Positions 19,018 through 38,008 of a DNA stretch of 64,000 nucleotides are shown here, one piece after another. Position 1 is the stretch's first letter; every line of letters begins with the position of its first letter. The DNA lies in the NCBI GenBank assembly GCA_000004695.1, contig CM000151.3, forward strand, positions 1,632,001 to 1,696,000. Direction: 5' to 3'. A model generated the notes under the pieces. That model saw only the letters and a program-made list of their open reading frames with translations. It made no database searches and was not told the DNA's origin. This stretch comes from Dictyostelium discoideum (Eukaryota). The position numbers and the translations under genes were made by a program.

Positions 19018-19783
19018 ATGATGTCAAATGTGGAAACTAAAACACCAAATTGGAGATTCAATCCAAAAACTTCAGAACCTGATATATCAGAAGATGGACT
19101 AGATATTGTAGATTCAGGTAAAAACAAGGCATGGACAACAGCTATAGCATCAGATATATCAATAAATAGACAATCCAATACATTATATTATTATGAAATT
19201 AGGGTTAATTTTTGTAATGTTTCAAATTCAATTAAAATTGGTATGTACTATTTATAATAATTTATAATAATAGTAATAATAATAGTAATATTAATGATAA
19301 GTATAATTATAATTTTTAAAAATTCTAGTATTTGGTATAATGGGAGAGAATTATATGACAAGGATATTATCAATAACACGTGGTTTAGTTGGTAGTTTAA
19401 AAGGGTCATGTCCATATGGATATTATCCAGATTTTGGTATTGGTACTCTATGTTATTTTGCAAATGGTTCCATTGTTAGGGATGGTGTATCGTTGGCTGA
19501 AAAAGCACAAAGTTATACAACAAATGATCGAATAGGAATGTTGGTTGATACTTGCAATAATTCAGTAGCATTCTTTAAAAATTCACAACTTCAAACTTCT
19601 TTTATTAATATTTATAATAGTTTTCAATCTTCAAATAATCGTCAACAACAACAACAACAACCAACTGTAAATTCAAACAATAACACCACCACTAGCACAA
19701 CCACTACCACCACCACCACCACCACCACAAATTCAACATCATCACCATCATCGTCTTTAGCATCTTTAAACAATAACAACAAC

Positions 19784-19818
<35 letters not shown>

Positions 19819-20935
19819 ACCAAGTAAACCTCTTTTAATTTTTCCTTCAGTTTCATTAATTAAAGAAAATGCTATTTCAATCATTGATAATCCAACTATA
19901 CCTACATTTGACTATGAGGATATTATAGCTAGAACTATGAAACAAATGAAGTTGTCAGAACAATCAAAAGCAGATCCACCAAAAACAGCAACAACAACAA
20001 CGACAACAACTACTGCAACTACAAAAACACCAGCAAATACCCCAACACCCCCTAAACCATTACCACCACCAACAGCATCATCATCATCACCACCAAAGAA
20101 ATCACCTGTAAATATTAGCAACACCACCACCACCACCACCACCACCAATAATAATAATAATAATAATAGTAGTAATCCTAAAACTCCAAATGGAAAAGAA
20201 GGTGGATTACCAGATCTAAATAATAACTGCCCAGTTTGCGGTATTTCATTTAAATCTATTGGAAAGGATTGGCCATCAATTAATAAACATATCGATGAAT
20301 GTTTAACCTTTAATTTATTGGATAAAGAGACATTAGAGTAAGTAATAGTAGTAGTAGTGGCAGCAGACATCTTTAATATACTGACAACAAAATACCTTTT
20401 ACCAGAAATTTTCATAACTAACTTTTTTAATTTTTTATTTTTAAAATTTAATAGTCCAAAAGCCAAATCAACAACTATTAAATGTCCTTACAGTGGATGT
20501 AAAAAGTCAATGACAACAGTAGAATTTATAAATCATTGTAATGAAAAGCATTTGCTAGACGATGTTCATAATTATAAGTGTCCTTTATGTAATGAAAAGG
20601 TAATTTATTATATTTTTATTTTTATTTTTATTTCCAAGATTTCCCCAGATTTTAACACCTATTTTTTTTTTTTTTTTTTTTTTTTTTTACAGTCACCAAA
20701 TTTAATTAGCCATCTAAGTAAAACACATATAAGGGTTCAACAAAAACAAGTTGGTGTTGGTTATTCAACAAGTGTACTTGAAAATGATTTAAGTGAAGAT
20801 ATTGAATGTCCAATTTGTCTTGAAGAGTTCACAAAAGGTCAAAATGTGGCCCGTTTAGAATGTTGGTGCATATTTCATACAAATTGTATTTCTGAATATT
20901 TATTAAAATCAAAGAAATGCCCAGTCCATAATTAA
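19018..20935 (+). CDS. SPRY-domain, UBZ4-type and C2H2-like zinc-finger, C-terminal RING-H2 protein (putative E3 ubiquitin ligase). Model: join(19018..19240,19329..20337,20455..20599,20693..20935)
   Basis: The SPRY/B30.2-like core is split by intron 1 (...NTLYYYEIRVNFCNVSNSIKIG | VFGIMGENYMT...YGYYPDFGIGTLCYFANGSIVRDG...IGMLVDTCNNSVAFFKNSQL). The UBZ4-like motif is CPVCGISFKSIGKDWPSINKHIDECL. Exon 3 encodes KCPYSGCKKSMTTVEFINHCNEKH...KCPLCNEK and exon 4 the RING-H2 motif CPICLEEFTKGQNVARLECWCIFHTNCISEYLLKSKKCPVHN. Introns are GTATGT/TCTAG, GTAAGT/AATAG and GTAATT/TTACAG, with phases consistent. Confidence 0.65.
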
Positions 20936-20962
20936 CTTATTTAAAAAGAAGAACAAAAATAA

Positions 20963-20994
<32 letters not shown>

Positions 20995-21466
20995 CAAAAG
21001 AAAAAAAAAAAAAAAAACAATAATTAATAAATACGTATAATAACAACACAGGTAATAGTTATTATTTATAATTAATCAAAATCCACAGATTTTCAAATTC
21101 CTTTTTTTTTTTTTTTTTATAAAACTAAAATAAAATTTATTACACAAATAAAAAAAAAAAAAAAACATTCTTTAAAAATTGGGAAGAGGAGTTATTAATG
21201 TCTTTATTTTTTTAAATTGCTTATTATTATTTTTAGAAAAAAAAAAAAAAACCAAATTCGGTTGGAAATAAAAATGAAATATAAATTAATTTTAATTAAT
21301 TTTTCTCTTTTTTTATTTTATTTTTTTTTTTTTTTTTTTTCAACAATTTCTTGAGAAATCAATTTTAGGAATTTTTTTTATATAAATTCAAAATTTTTTT
21401 TTTTTTTTTATTAATTTTAATTATTATTATTATTACTATTATTAATCCTATAATTCAAATGTAAAA

Positions 21467-22051
<585 letters not shown>

Positions 22052-22074
22052 AATAAAAATAATTTTATTTGTAT

Positions 22075-22123
<49 letters not shown>

Positions 22124-22709
22124 AAAATGTTGTTTAAATATTTACATTATTCATTGTAATTTTTATTTTTTTTATTTTTTTTTTAAAAAAAAAAACTTGA
22201 ATTTTCATTTATTTTATATGGGCTTGGAACTTAATCCTCATTTTTTTATGACGTGGTTGTATCCTAAAATATTTGAGGAAATTATTAAAAAAATTAAAAA
22301 AATTAAAAAATTCCAATTCACATAAAACCAAAATAAAAATTTAAAAATAGAGTAGCTTTGTGAAGTCATTCTTTGCTGGTTTTTATTTTTAATTATTTTT
22401 TTATTTTTTTTTTATGATTTTTTTCCATTTTTTTTTTCCATATAAAAACATTTTTTTTTTTTTTTTAATTTTTTTAATTATTACCAAATAATAAATTTAT
22501 TTATCTATATTAAATAATATATAAAAAAAAAAAAATTCCAAATATTTATTTTAATTAATTTTAAGGTATTTATTAATATTTTTAAAATCATCACTGTTTT
22601 TTTTTTTTTTATTATTATTTAAATTATTTAAAATTAATTACTTCCCTTCATTTTTAAATATAAAATCCACAAACTTTTACCTCTCCCAAAAAAAAAAAAT
22701 TTTTTTTAA

Positions 22710-22764
<55 letters not shown>

Positions 22765-23024
22765 GAATTTTTTTTTTTTTTTTTTTTTTTTTTTTGTTGA
22801 TTTTTTTTTTTTTTTTAGTGGTGTATTTGTAAATTAAAAACAACAATAATAATTAATTATATATTAACATTAAATCAATATTCAAAAAGGCATTATAAAT
22901 AAAATCGATTTTATTTTATTTTTTCCCTTTTTTGTACAATAACAATTATCAATAACGCAAAAAAAAAAAAAAAAAACAAACAGATCATAAAAAAACAAAC
23001 AAACAAACAAATACATAAAACAAA

Positions 23025-23308
23025 ATGAGTAACGCACTTCCACTTGATGAATGGGTAGAGACTGCACGTCAATGCAAATATTTACCAGAAAATGATTTAA
23101 AGAAACTTTGTGAAAGAGTTAAGGAACTTTTATTAGAAGAATCAAATGTACAACCAGTTAGAAGTCCAGTTACCATTTGTGGTGATATTCACGGTCAATT
23201 TTATGATTTATTAGAATTATTCAAAACCGGTGGTGAAGTACCAGATACAAACTATGTTTTCATGGTAAGTTGTTTTTTTTTTTTTTTAATGTGTAGGATC
23301 GATTACTA

Positions 23309-23360
<52 letters not shown>

Positions 23361-23666
23361 TCTTTTTTTTTTTTTTCTTTCTTCTCCTTTAAATAGGGTG
23401 ATTTTGTCGATAGAGGATATTACAGTTTAGAAACATTTACATATTTACTTGCACTCAAAGCTAGATACCCAGATAAAATTACATTATTAAGAGGAAATCA
23501 TGAAAGTAGACAAATCACACAAGTTTATGGTTTTTATGATGAATGCCAACAAAAATATGGTAATGTAAATGCTTGGAAATATTGTACAAGTGTTTTCGAT
23601 TTCTTAACTTTAGCTGCTGTAGGTTTTTTTTAAAAAAATAATTTCTATTTTTAATAATTTCTATTT

Positions 23667-23697
<31 letters not shown>

Positions 23698-24236
23698 TAA
23701 CTTTTTTAAATCTAACTTTTTTATTTTTTTATTTTTTATTTTTTTTTTTATTATTATTTATTTAAAATTTCTACCTTTAGATTATTGATGGTAAAGTACT
23801 TTGTGTTCATGGTGGTTTATCACCAAAAGTACGTACTTTGGATCAAATTAGAATTATTTCAAGAAATTTAGAGATTCCACATGAAGGTCCATTCTGTGAT
23901 TTAATGTGGTCAGATCCAGAAGATATTGAACAATGGCAACCATCACCAAGAGGTGCAGGTTGGTTATTCGGAAGTAAAGTCACTGCAGAGTTTGAACATA
24001 TCAATGGTCTTAACCTCATTTGTCGTGCTCATCAATTGGTACAAGAAGGTTATAGATATATGTTTGATAATAGTTTAGTCACTGTTTGGTCTGCTCCAAA
24101 CTATTGTTATAGATGTGGTAATGTCGCTTCCATCCTTTCACTCAATGAAAACTTGGATAGAGATTTCAAAATTTTCCAAGCCGTTCAAGAAGAAAGAAAT
24201 ATACCAACTCGTCCAACTATGCAATATTTCTTTTAA
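23025..24236 (+). CDS. ppp6c: Serine/threonine protein phosphatase 6 catalytic subunit (PP2A-like PPP family, Sit4/PPP6C type). Model: join(23025..23264,23397..23618,23781..24236), 306 aa
   Basis: The N-terminus [74 protein letters not shown] is near-identical to human PPP6C. The [14 protein letters not shown] and [21 protein letters not shown] motifs are in exon 2, and [11 protein letters not shown] is in exon 3. Introns are GTAAGT/AAATAG and GTAGGT/CTTTAG, both phase 0. Confidence 0.85.
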
Positions 24237-24255
24237 ATTATTAATTTTATTCATC

Positions 24256-24293
<38 letters not shown>

Positions 24294-24405
24294 AATAACT
24301 TGTCATCAACATTATAACAATACTCATCATCACCACCAAACAAACAATATCTTTATTTTTATATCCCCCCTTTTTTTAGAAGAAAAAAGTAATATTAAGT
24401 TTTTG

Positions 24406-24442
<37 letters not shown>

Positions 24443-24496
24443 AAATATTTATATTAAAAAAATAATAATAATAATAATAGTAATAGGTATTTTTTC

Positions 24497-24787
24497 CTAA
24501 ATATGGTTTATATATTTTTTTACAGCAAAGAATACAATAAAGAGTGTTGATACTATTATTAATACTAATTTTGGAATTTCAGGTGGTACTCCTATAGTTT
24601 CAGTATCCATAATGAGATCAAAACTTTGATATTTATAACCATCATTTTTTACAAATGATGGTGTGATTGCTAAATTAATTGCATCAATCATAATAATTGA
24701 GCATGGATTATGTTTAATTCTATTAAGTTCATATGATTCCTTTTTTTTTTCCCCCAAATGTATAAATAATTTAAAAAAAACAATAAA

Positions 24788-24832
<45 letters not shown>

Positions 24833-25113
24833 AATATATATATATATATATATTGATGATAGTATAAAACAATATTAATAATTTACATACTATAACATAA
24901 GAACTGGAATCAGTCTTAAATTTAATAATTTCAGTATTTAAAAGGTCTCTTGATTTTGGTTTTTCATCTTCATTCAATTTGAATTTATTTAAAACCTCTG
25001 TAGTTATTAAAGGGTTATCAAAAAATTTGATTCTATAATCTGTTGGGCTCTTTTATAAATTTAAATTTAAGATTTTTAGTAAAATGGTTTGAGTTTTTTT
25101 GGATTTGTTTGAA

Positions 25114-25152
<39 letters not shown>

Positions 25153-25229
25153 ATACTGTTGCTGGGTATGATATTCTTAATGCATATTGAGTATTTGGTT
25201 TAAGATCTTTTAATAAAAAATATAAAGTA

Positions 25230-25273
<44 letters not shown>

Positions 25274-25507
25274 GTTTTTACTACTAAATTGTTCTGGTAT
25301 TGATTTTATAACAACATCTCTCAAACCACCAAGGTCAGGTTTTAATAAAGTAACTTTTTCAGATACTGATTTAGGAATATATGTAAAACATGAATCTTTT
25401 GAATTTATTTTGCTTTGATCCTGTAAAGCATTTAAAAATTTACAATTAACTATAATAAAAAATGTAATAAGAATATTTTTCAAAATTTGTTTATTATTGA
25501 CCATCAT
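24497..25507 (-). CDS. Hypothetical type I membrane protein (N-terminal signal peptide, lumenal domain, single C-terminal TM), about 250 aa. Model: join(25507..25157,25049..24891,24739..24497)
   Basis: Exon 1 is MMVNNKQILKNILITFFIIVNCKFLNALQDQ... (signal peptide) ...NTQYALRISYPAT with a GTATGT donor. Exon 2 is SPTDYRIKFFDNPLITTEVLNKFKLNEDEKPKSRDLLNTEIIKFKTDSSSYVI with a GTATGT donor and an (AT)n-containing intron. Exon 3 is ESYELNRIKHNPCSIIMIDAINLAITPSFVKNDGYKYQSFDLIMDTETIGVPPEIPKLVLIIVSTLFIVFFAVKKYINHI. All boundaries are phase 0. I could not assign a family with confidence; an ER-lumenal EMC7/10- or PIG-X-like topology is possible. Confidence 0.45.
24791..24851. repeat. (AT)n dinucleotide microsatellite inside intron 2 of the membrane-protein gene
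   Basis: Seen in the sequence. Confidence 0.9.
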
Positions 25508-25533
25508 GAAATAAAATTTGGGTGTCTTAAATG

Positions 25534-25569
<36 letters not shown>

Positions 25570-25803
25570 AATTTTTTATTCAACTTTGAGAAAAGTTTTG
25601 TTGAGCAAGTAACAATGCTTTCAGTTTATAAAAATGATTTAGAAAAAATAAAATAAAATAAAATAAAATAAAAATAAAAATGAAAATGAAAAAAAAAAAA
25701 ATTTAAATAATAATAATAATAATAAAAAATATTTTAAAATGAACATATTAATGTTTTTGATGATTTTCCCATCATTCAAAGATTTTTTGGAACAAAAATG
25801 CCA

Positions 25804-25860
<57 letters not shown>

Positions 25861-26684
25861 GTTTTTTTTTTTTTTTTTTTTTTCAATGTTTTTTTTTTTA
25901 ATTTTATTTTTAGACATTGTATTGTTTTTTTTTTTTTTTTTTCAAAAACCACACACACACACACAATCAACGTTGTCAAAAAAAAAAAAAAAATAAAAAT
26001 AAAATAAAATAAAAAAATAAAATATTTATTTTATTTAAATCATAATATTAATTAAACCACACTAAATATAGCATTTCATTTATTTATAATTTTTTTTTTT
26101 TATTGTATTGAAATTTTTTTATTTTTTTTTATTTTCACTCGCAACAAAAGACATTATATGAAATAACATTTACTTTTTTTTTTTTATTTATTTATTTAAA
26201 ATAATTTATATTTTAGAATATAAATTAAAAATAAAAAAAATTATAGTCCCTAGATTTAGTTATTATAATTATTTATATGTACCTTAAAAAAAAAGGAAAG
26301 AATAATTATAATTTCTATAAAAATAGTAAAAACTATATTGTAATAATAAAATAATAATAGTAATAACAGTAATAATAATAAAAATTAAATAATAAAAAAA
26401 AAAAAAAAAAAAAAAAAATGTCAACTGGATTATTAAATAAAGTAATTTCATCTATTTTTCTTGGTGGATCAACTTACTGTCATTGGGTTGGAGAAAAGAT
26501 TAAAATGTTTTCATCAATAATAGGGGATAGTTTAAATGAAAGAGTTGAAATAATTAAATTATTTGAATATTCTTCACTCGAATTTGAAAAGCAAGATACT
26601 TTAGAAGCTATTAAAAAGGGTAATTTAGATTCTATTTTATTTATCATACATTTAAATTTTTAACATTAATATTAACATATATGT

Positions 26685-31847
<5,163 letters not shown>

Positions 31848-32019
31848 ATAATAAAAGTTGTTTTTTTTTTTTCATTAATAAAAACATTTAAATTTGACAA
31901 ACATATAATTGACTTAAATCTTTTTTTTTTTTTTATTATTAATTATTTATTTTTTTATCTTTTTTTTTTTTTTTTTAAAAAATAATTGGTAAATTTTAAA
32001 AATAATAATTAAAAAGAGT

Positions 32020-33148
32020 TTAAGCAACTATAGGGTAAGATGCTGCTGTGACAATCCCACATTTTCCTTTAACTCCTCTTTTAACTTTGAAAAAGCCATT
32101 TGTTCCCCAGCTTTTTCCCCAAGAATTTTTCATTAAAAAGTAATCTACACCATTTTCATCAGTTCCATATCCAATTGCCAAAACAGCATGTATGGTATTC
32201 CATGGGTCACAAGAATCACTATAATATATTCCACCACTTAAATGTTGAAATTCTTTAGTTGACGTATCAATTGGAACTGCAACAGGACCATATAAAGCAA
32301 TTGCTTCCATTAGAGCACTTTCATCAAATTTTGGAATCATTACAAATCCAGATACCTTTGCTTCTTTTTCACTTTGATTAAATTTACAAACTTCATCCTT
32401 TCCTGTGTATGGATATTGTGATTCCAAATTAACACCACCACTTGAAATGATATATTTAAATGCATCATGCATCCATCCAGTTTTACAACCTTTTGGGCCG
32501 AATGGTGTTGCGCAATCCACCAAATTTTGTTCACTTAAATCCAATAATTCACCATATTTAATATAATAGTGGCCTTCTAGAGCTCCGAGTGCACTAAATG
32601 ACCAACATGATGCACTAATTATTTTTTGAAAAATAAAAAATAATAGAGTTTAATTTTATTAAAATTTACTGAAAATAAAAAAAAAAAAAAAATTTCCAAC
32701 AATATTATTAAAAAAGTAATAATTACCATGATCCTTGGTTTTTTACTTTACCCACAGCTCCATGATCTCTCCAATCAAATGATTTTGGAATTGTTGCATT
32801 AACATTATGTTTAAAAGGTGTTGCTTTAATATCATTAATTGGTCCAGATCTAGGTTCAGGTACTAATTTTTCAAAAAATTTATCAGCAAATTCTTTTTGT
32901 GTTAAATCTGAATATTCATTTAAATCCATTTCAATATTTTCACCATTTTTATTTCTATGATTTAAAATAAAATTGTAATTATCTTGAAAAATATCAAAAC
33001 GTTTTAGATACTCTTTATTATTTTTATAATGCTTATTATATTTTACCATCCAATTTTTAAAAATATCATCAATTTTGCCTAGAGGTAAACAAAATGAAAA
33101 ATTTACCAATAAACTTAAAATTAGTAATAATAAAATTAATATCCTCAT
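32020..33148 (-). CDS. Papain-family (C1A) cysteine protease, cathepsin-L-like preproenzyme. Model: join(33148..32728,32614..32020)
   Basis: Exon 1 has the signal peptide MRILILLLLILSLLVNFSFC and a propeptide (I29 inhibitor-like ...EYSDLTQKEFADKFF...) that ends ...KNQGS. The phase-2 intron is GTAATT...AATTAG. Exon 2 begins with CASCWSFSALGALEGHYYIKYGELLDLSEQNLVDC, carrying the active-site Cys, and later has the His/Asn region ...HAVLAIGYGTDENGVDYFLMKNSWGKSWGTNGFFKV. Confidence 0.8.
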
Positions 33149-33520
33149 CCTATTTTAAAACCTAAATTTAATTTTTAAAAAACAAATTAACCAAATTAAA
33201 AAATTTATATTTATATTTATTTTTTTATTTAAAAAAAAATCCTTTTTTTAAAAAGAAAAAGAAATATTATTTGGAAAGTATTAAATAATTATACTTTGAA
33301 ATATTAATAAAAAGGTTTTACATTTTCAGATTTTTAGAAATTATTTATTTGTTAAACAAAAAAGAAAAAAAAAAAAAAAAAAGAAAAAAATAATAATAAT
33401 AAAAAAACAATTAAAATTATTTATCTAAAAATTTATTTAATTTTTATTATCTGAAAAAAATATGTACATTTTGTAATTTTATATATTTATATATATATAT
33501 TTTTTTTTTTTTTTTTTTTT

Positions 33521-36069
33521 TTAAACATTTGCAGAACCACCAATTGGGAAATCTAAATCAAAATTATTGATTTTCATTAATTCATAATATGGTGGTTTAT
33601 AACTATTTGAATTATATTCAGAGATTGAATGAGAAGCATCATGGAATTCTTGATGTACAGTTGGATTTAAACTTGTACTATCATTGATAACTGAACTACC
33701 AGAGGCTTTCATTTCAATATCACCACTATTGGTACCATCAGTTTGTTGTTTTTGATATTGATCCATTATACCACTCTTTGAAATATCCTTGAATTTATAT
33801 TCAGCAAAATACCAAAATACGATAGTAACAACTAAACAGATGACTACCAAAATACCATAGTAGAATTTGTAAACATTGAAAGTACCAATCATAAGGATAT
33901 GATAAATGAGTAAACCAATGATCGTACGTCTGAAATGCATTGGGCTCATGAAACCACCACATTGATAATTAGGAGTATTTACCCAAATGATGTTATACTT
34001 TTGAACGAGATAACTTAAACCGAAATACCAAGCACCAAATATTAAAATAAAAGGTGATAGAGTTGAGTAAGCCAAAGTCAATTGAAGGATTAAAAGATTC
34101 TTTGCATAGTTTACACCATAAGCAAATGGACCTTGATGAAGGGTATCATCGATTTGTCTCTTTGTTTTTGCTAACCATTTCAATTTAATGAGTTGAATAA
34201 TTAAACCAACGATACGTAAAATTGCACCAAATGAACCAGCTGCAGCAATTAAAATATAATTGATCATTTGGAATGATAAACCACCAAGGGAATTTGCGAT
34301 TGAACCAATGATTGAGGTTGGATCATTTGCAATTTGTTCAATTGATTGGAAGATTGTACCAGCGATAGCGGAAACGAGGAAAACATTGAAAACCAAGAAA
34401 AGGAAATATTTTGAGAAAACAGAAGCTTCAATTCTACTATTTGAGAAATAGCCACAAGCACGACTAAGAGCATAGATGATGGGGATCAATAAGATCATGA
34501 AAATGATTAAAATTAAATTTGGTAAGAAACCACTAAGAAAACCTTGTAAAATTTTACTCTTGCTAATGATATCAGTGATCCAAGAGAATGCTTTAACTCT
34601 AGAGATAGTTTCCAAATTACTGAAACCACTTAAAAATGCCACTGGAATACCCCAAAGGAAGACGAGAGCAAATGTTAAAATTGCAACAATAAGTGAACGG
34701 ACATAGTATGATTTCAATCCAATATGGATATTCTTCCAGAATACGTCGTTTGGATCTGGTGCATAATAACGAGAGAACAATACATGATACTTTGCGTGCA
34801 TAATAGTTTGAACCATCTCTTTTTGAACCTTTCTTTGATTGAAAATCACAAAACTTGAACCACCAACATTTGAATTGGCATTTTTAATATAGTAACCAGT
34901 TTCAGCCTCGGCTCTCTCGTATTCAATCTTTTTGGTTAATTCATCGATCTTCTCTTGAAAGTAGTCGATACTATCTTTCTCTTCTCCAAAACAACCTAAA
35001 AATCCTATTTTTGTAGTTGGTTTCTCTTTGGTTCTTCTATAGCTCTCTATGGCACTTTCATATTTCTTTACAAAGTTCTCTCTTTCGGAAACCAATGCAT
35101 AGATATGAGGTGCAGGATATTGTAATGATACATCCAAAAGATCTGATGGATTTGAGAGATGACTCTTAAAGTAATTTGATAATTCCTCACGAGTGAACAT
35201 ACTATTTGGAATATCTCTTAACATGATTGTATAATTTGAAAGACGACTTTGTTGTTTATATTGAATTCTCTCCTTTGAATAAAGATGATAATCTTGATAA
35301 CTAAACCATAAAACCACAATGGTAACAAAGAAAACAAATACCAAATGTACCCATAACAAATGAGATCCTCTTTCAATATTACCCATTGATATCATTGTTA
35401 ACCCGACAACCTCATCTGGTAATTTACCATCTTCATCCTTTTCTCTATGTTCATTATATTTACCATAATAATTGGTTGGATATAACATAACTGATGATAT
35501 TACCATTAATACAACACAAATATAAAAACTTGTTTTAACATTTCTTAAATACATAAATCCATCCTATTATTATTTTATTATTTATTTTTAAAAAAAAAAA
35601 AAAAAAAATATATTAAAAGATAGGGGGGAGAAGATGTGTTAATATTTTTTAATAATTAAAAAAAAAAAAAAAAAAAAAAAAATGAAAATTTGAAAATGAG
35701 AAAAAAAAACTAAAAATAAAATTTGACGCTGGTGATGAAACGGAATCGGAAAAATCCAATTTTTAAAAAATAAAAATAGAATATACATACCAAACCAGCA
35801 GTATCTTTAATACTATTATCACTATATTTAATTGTATCTACAACCCATGAAAAGAATCCATCCGATGGGGGTACTGACACACCTTTGTGGTGTTGTTCAA
35901 ATCTATATTGGTAAAATTGTTTGAATTTTCTTCTTACAATGCAAAATATTAAAAAGAAAATTAACATCACCACACAATTGATAACTAATGTTACAACAAA
36001 TGCATTATCATTTGCATTGTAACGATTGAGATGTTCACCTGAACCAGATCCAGAACTTGAATCTGACAT
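33521..36069 (-). CDS. OSCA/CSC1/TMEM63-family hyperosmolality-gated, calcium-permeable cation channel (RSN1_TM + DUF221/RSN1_7TM domains). Model: join(36069..35791,35563..33521), about 773 aa
   Basis: Exon 1 is ...NAFVVTLVINCVVMLIFFLIFCIVRRKFKQFYQYRFEQHH...SGFFSWVVDTIKYSDNSIKDTAGL (RSN1_TM N-terminal domain) with a GTATGT donor. Exon 2 begins DGFMYLRNVK..., giving the conserved GLD motif across the junction, and the acceptor is AATAG. The family signature RYYAPDPNDVFWKNIHIG and multiple TM helices are present. It is a paralogue of the partial gene at 61684+. Confidence 0.8.
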
Positions 36070-36469
36070 TTTTTTTTTTATTTTTTTTTAATTTATATTA
36101 TTATTTAAAAATTTTTCTTTTTTCTTTTTTCTTTTTTCTTTTTTTTCTTTCTTTCTATATATTATTATTAAACTATGGGTTATTATTATTTTATTATTAT
36201 TATAATAAATATTAAAAAAAAAAAAAAAAAAAATTTATTTTATTTTTATTTTTTTATTTTATTTTTTTTTTATTTTTATTTTTATTTTTATTTATTTTTT
36301 TGTTTTTTTTTTTTTTTTTTTGTAGTTTTAGATAAATTTGAAAAAAAAATAATAAAAATAAAAAAAAAATAATTTTTATAACGAAAAAACAATTTTTTTT
36401 TTTTTTTTTTGTTTTTTTTTTTCAAATTAAATTTCTTTTTTTGGTGATCTCATATGAAAATTATTTATC

Positions 36470-36620
36470 ATTCAGTTGTATGGGTGAAACGGCACCCATA
36501 AAAGTTATTTTTAAAATAAAAAAAATATTTTTGAAAATGGGGGTGGGTGGGTGGATACAACCATGTTAATGCGAGTTGTAGGGGTGAGTGATTTAAATCA
36601 CTTACATATAGGTATTAAAT
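36470..36620. promoter_or_regulatory. GC-rich structured element in a divergent intergenic region: hairpin TATGGGTG(aaacgg)CACCCATA, G-run GGGGGTGGGTGGGTGG and palindrome AGTGATTTAAATCACT
   Basis: Seen in the sequence. It is a local GC-rich island about 400 bp upstream of the OSCA gene start (minus strand) and about 1.4 kb upstream of the idhC start (plus strand). It may be a G-box-type promoter element or a small ncRNA. This is a low-confidence functional call. Confidence 0.25.
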
Positions 36621-36925
36621 TATTGTAATAAAAATAATATAATAATCTGTGAAATTTTGGTGATGTTATTATTATTAATAAAATTTAAAATTGATGATTA
36701 TTGATTTCTTAATTATTGCCAAATCAACACATCACTCTATCAATGTTAGCCACTGTAAAAAATTAAAATTAAAAATAAAAAATAAAATAAAATAAAATAA
36801 AATAAAATAAAATAAATAAATAACAAGTGGATAAAAATATTAAAATAAACCTTTTTTTTTTAAAAAAAAAAAAATAAAAATTAATAATAATTTTTATATG
36901 TATTATTGTTTATATTAATTATTTC

Positions 36926-36961
<36 letters not shown>

Positions 36962-38008
36962 AAAATAAATAAAAATTTATTCTTACATGTTAATTAAACC
37001 TTTTTTTTTTTTTTTTTTTTTTTTTTATATTTTTTATATTTTTTCCTTTACATTATATATATAGATTATAATTTGTTTATCATTGAAAAAAATATCATAT
37101 TTACACAAAGATGGATGAGTAAAAAAACCATCAATCTATTCTTTGTTGTAAATAGATGGAATTTTAAAATAAATTTTAATTTTTTATTATTATTTTTTTT
37201 TGTTTGTTCTCTTTTTTATCAAATAAAGTGTATAAACTTTTATTTTTTTTTTTTTTTATTTCTTTATTTTTTATCTTATCTAAAAAAGGATATTCGGGAT
37301 ATTCACAAAAAAAAAAATCACGTATTTTGACAATTGATGACATATTAAAATATGGCACTTTATAAGTAATTTAAGTTCAAAAGATTATTTAATCTTTTAT
37401 TTATTAAAACTTTTATTATTTTTTTTTTTTAAAATTTATTTAGTAATATTTATTAAATTTTAGTATTAGTGTGAGAAAGTATGAATATGTTAAAAAAAGG
37501 TGTAAATATGATTTTGGAAATTTGATTTTAATTGGGTATAAAATAAAAAAAGTTAATAATTTTTTTTTTTTTTATTTTATTTTATTTTAGATAAAGTTTC
37601 ATATTTCTCAAACGAGATAATTAAAAAACAAAATTTTTTTTTTTTTTTTTTTTTTTCTAAACTTTTTTTTTTTAATTAATTTTATTTTTTAATTTCAGTA
37701 CAAAAAAAAAAAATTATAAAAATAAAATAAAATAATATTCTTGACGAGATTATAATGAAAAGAAACTTTCTCTCAAATTCCTCACCTTTTTTCCTTACGC
37801 CATAATAGACCTTTAAAGTATAAAAATTGAAATTTTAAAAATTTAATTTAAAAATAAAAAAAAAAAATTAAATTAAAAAAAAAAAAAAAAAAAAAAAGAT
37901 TTTTTTTTTTTTTTTTTTTGATTGCGGGGTACTATTTTTTTTTTTTTTTATTATTATTTTTAATATTAAAAAAAATTCTAGTAAGGTATAAAAAAAAAAT
38001 CATATAAA

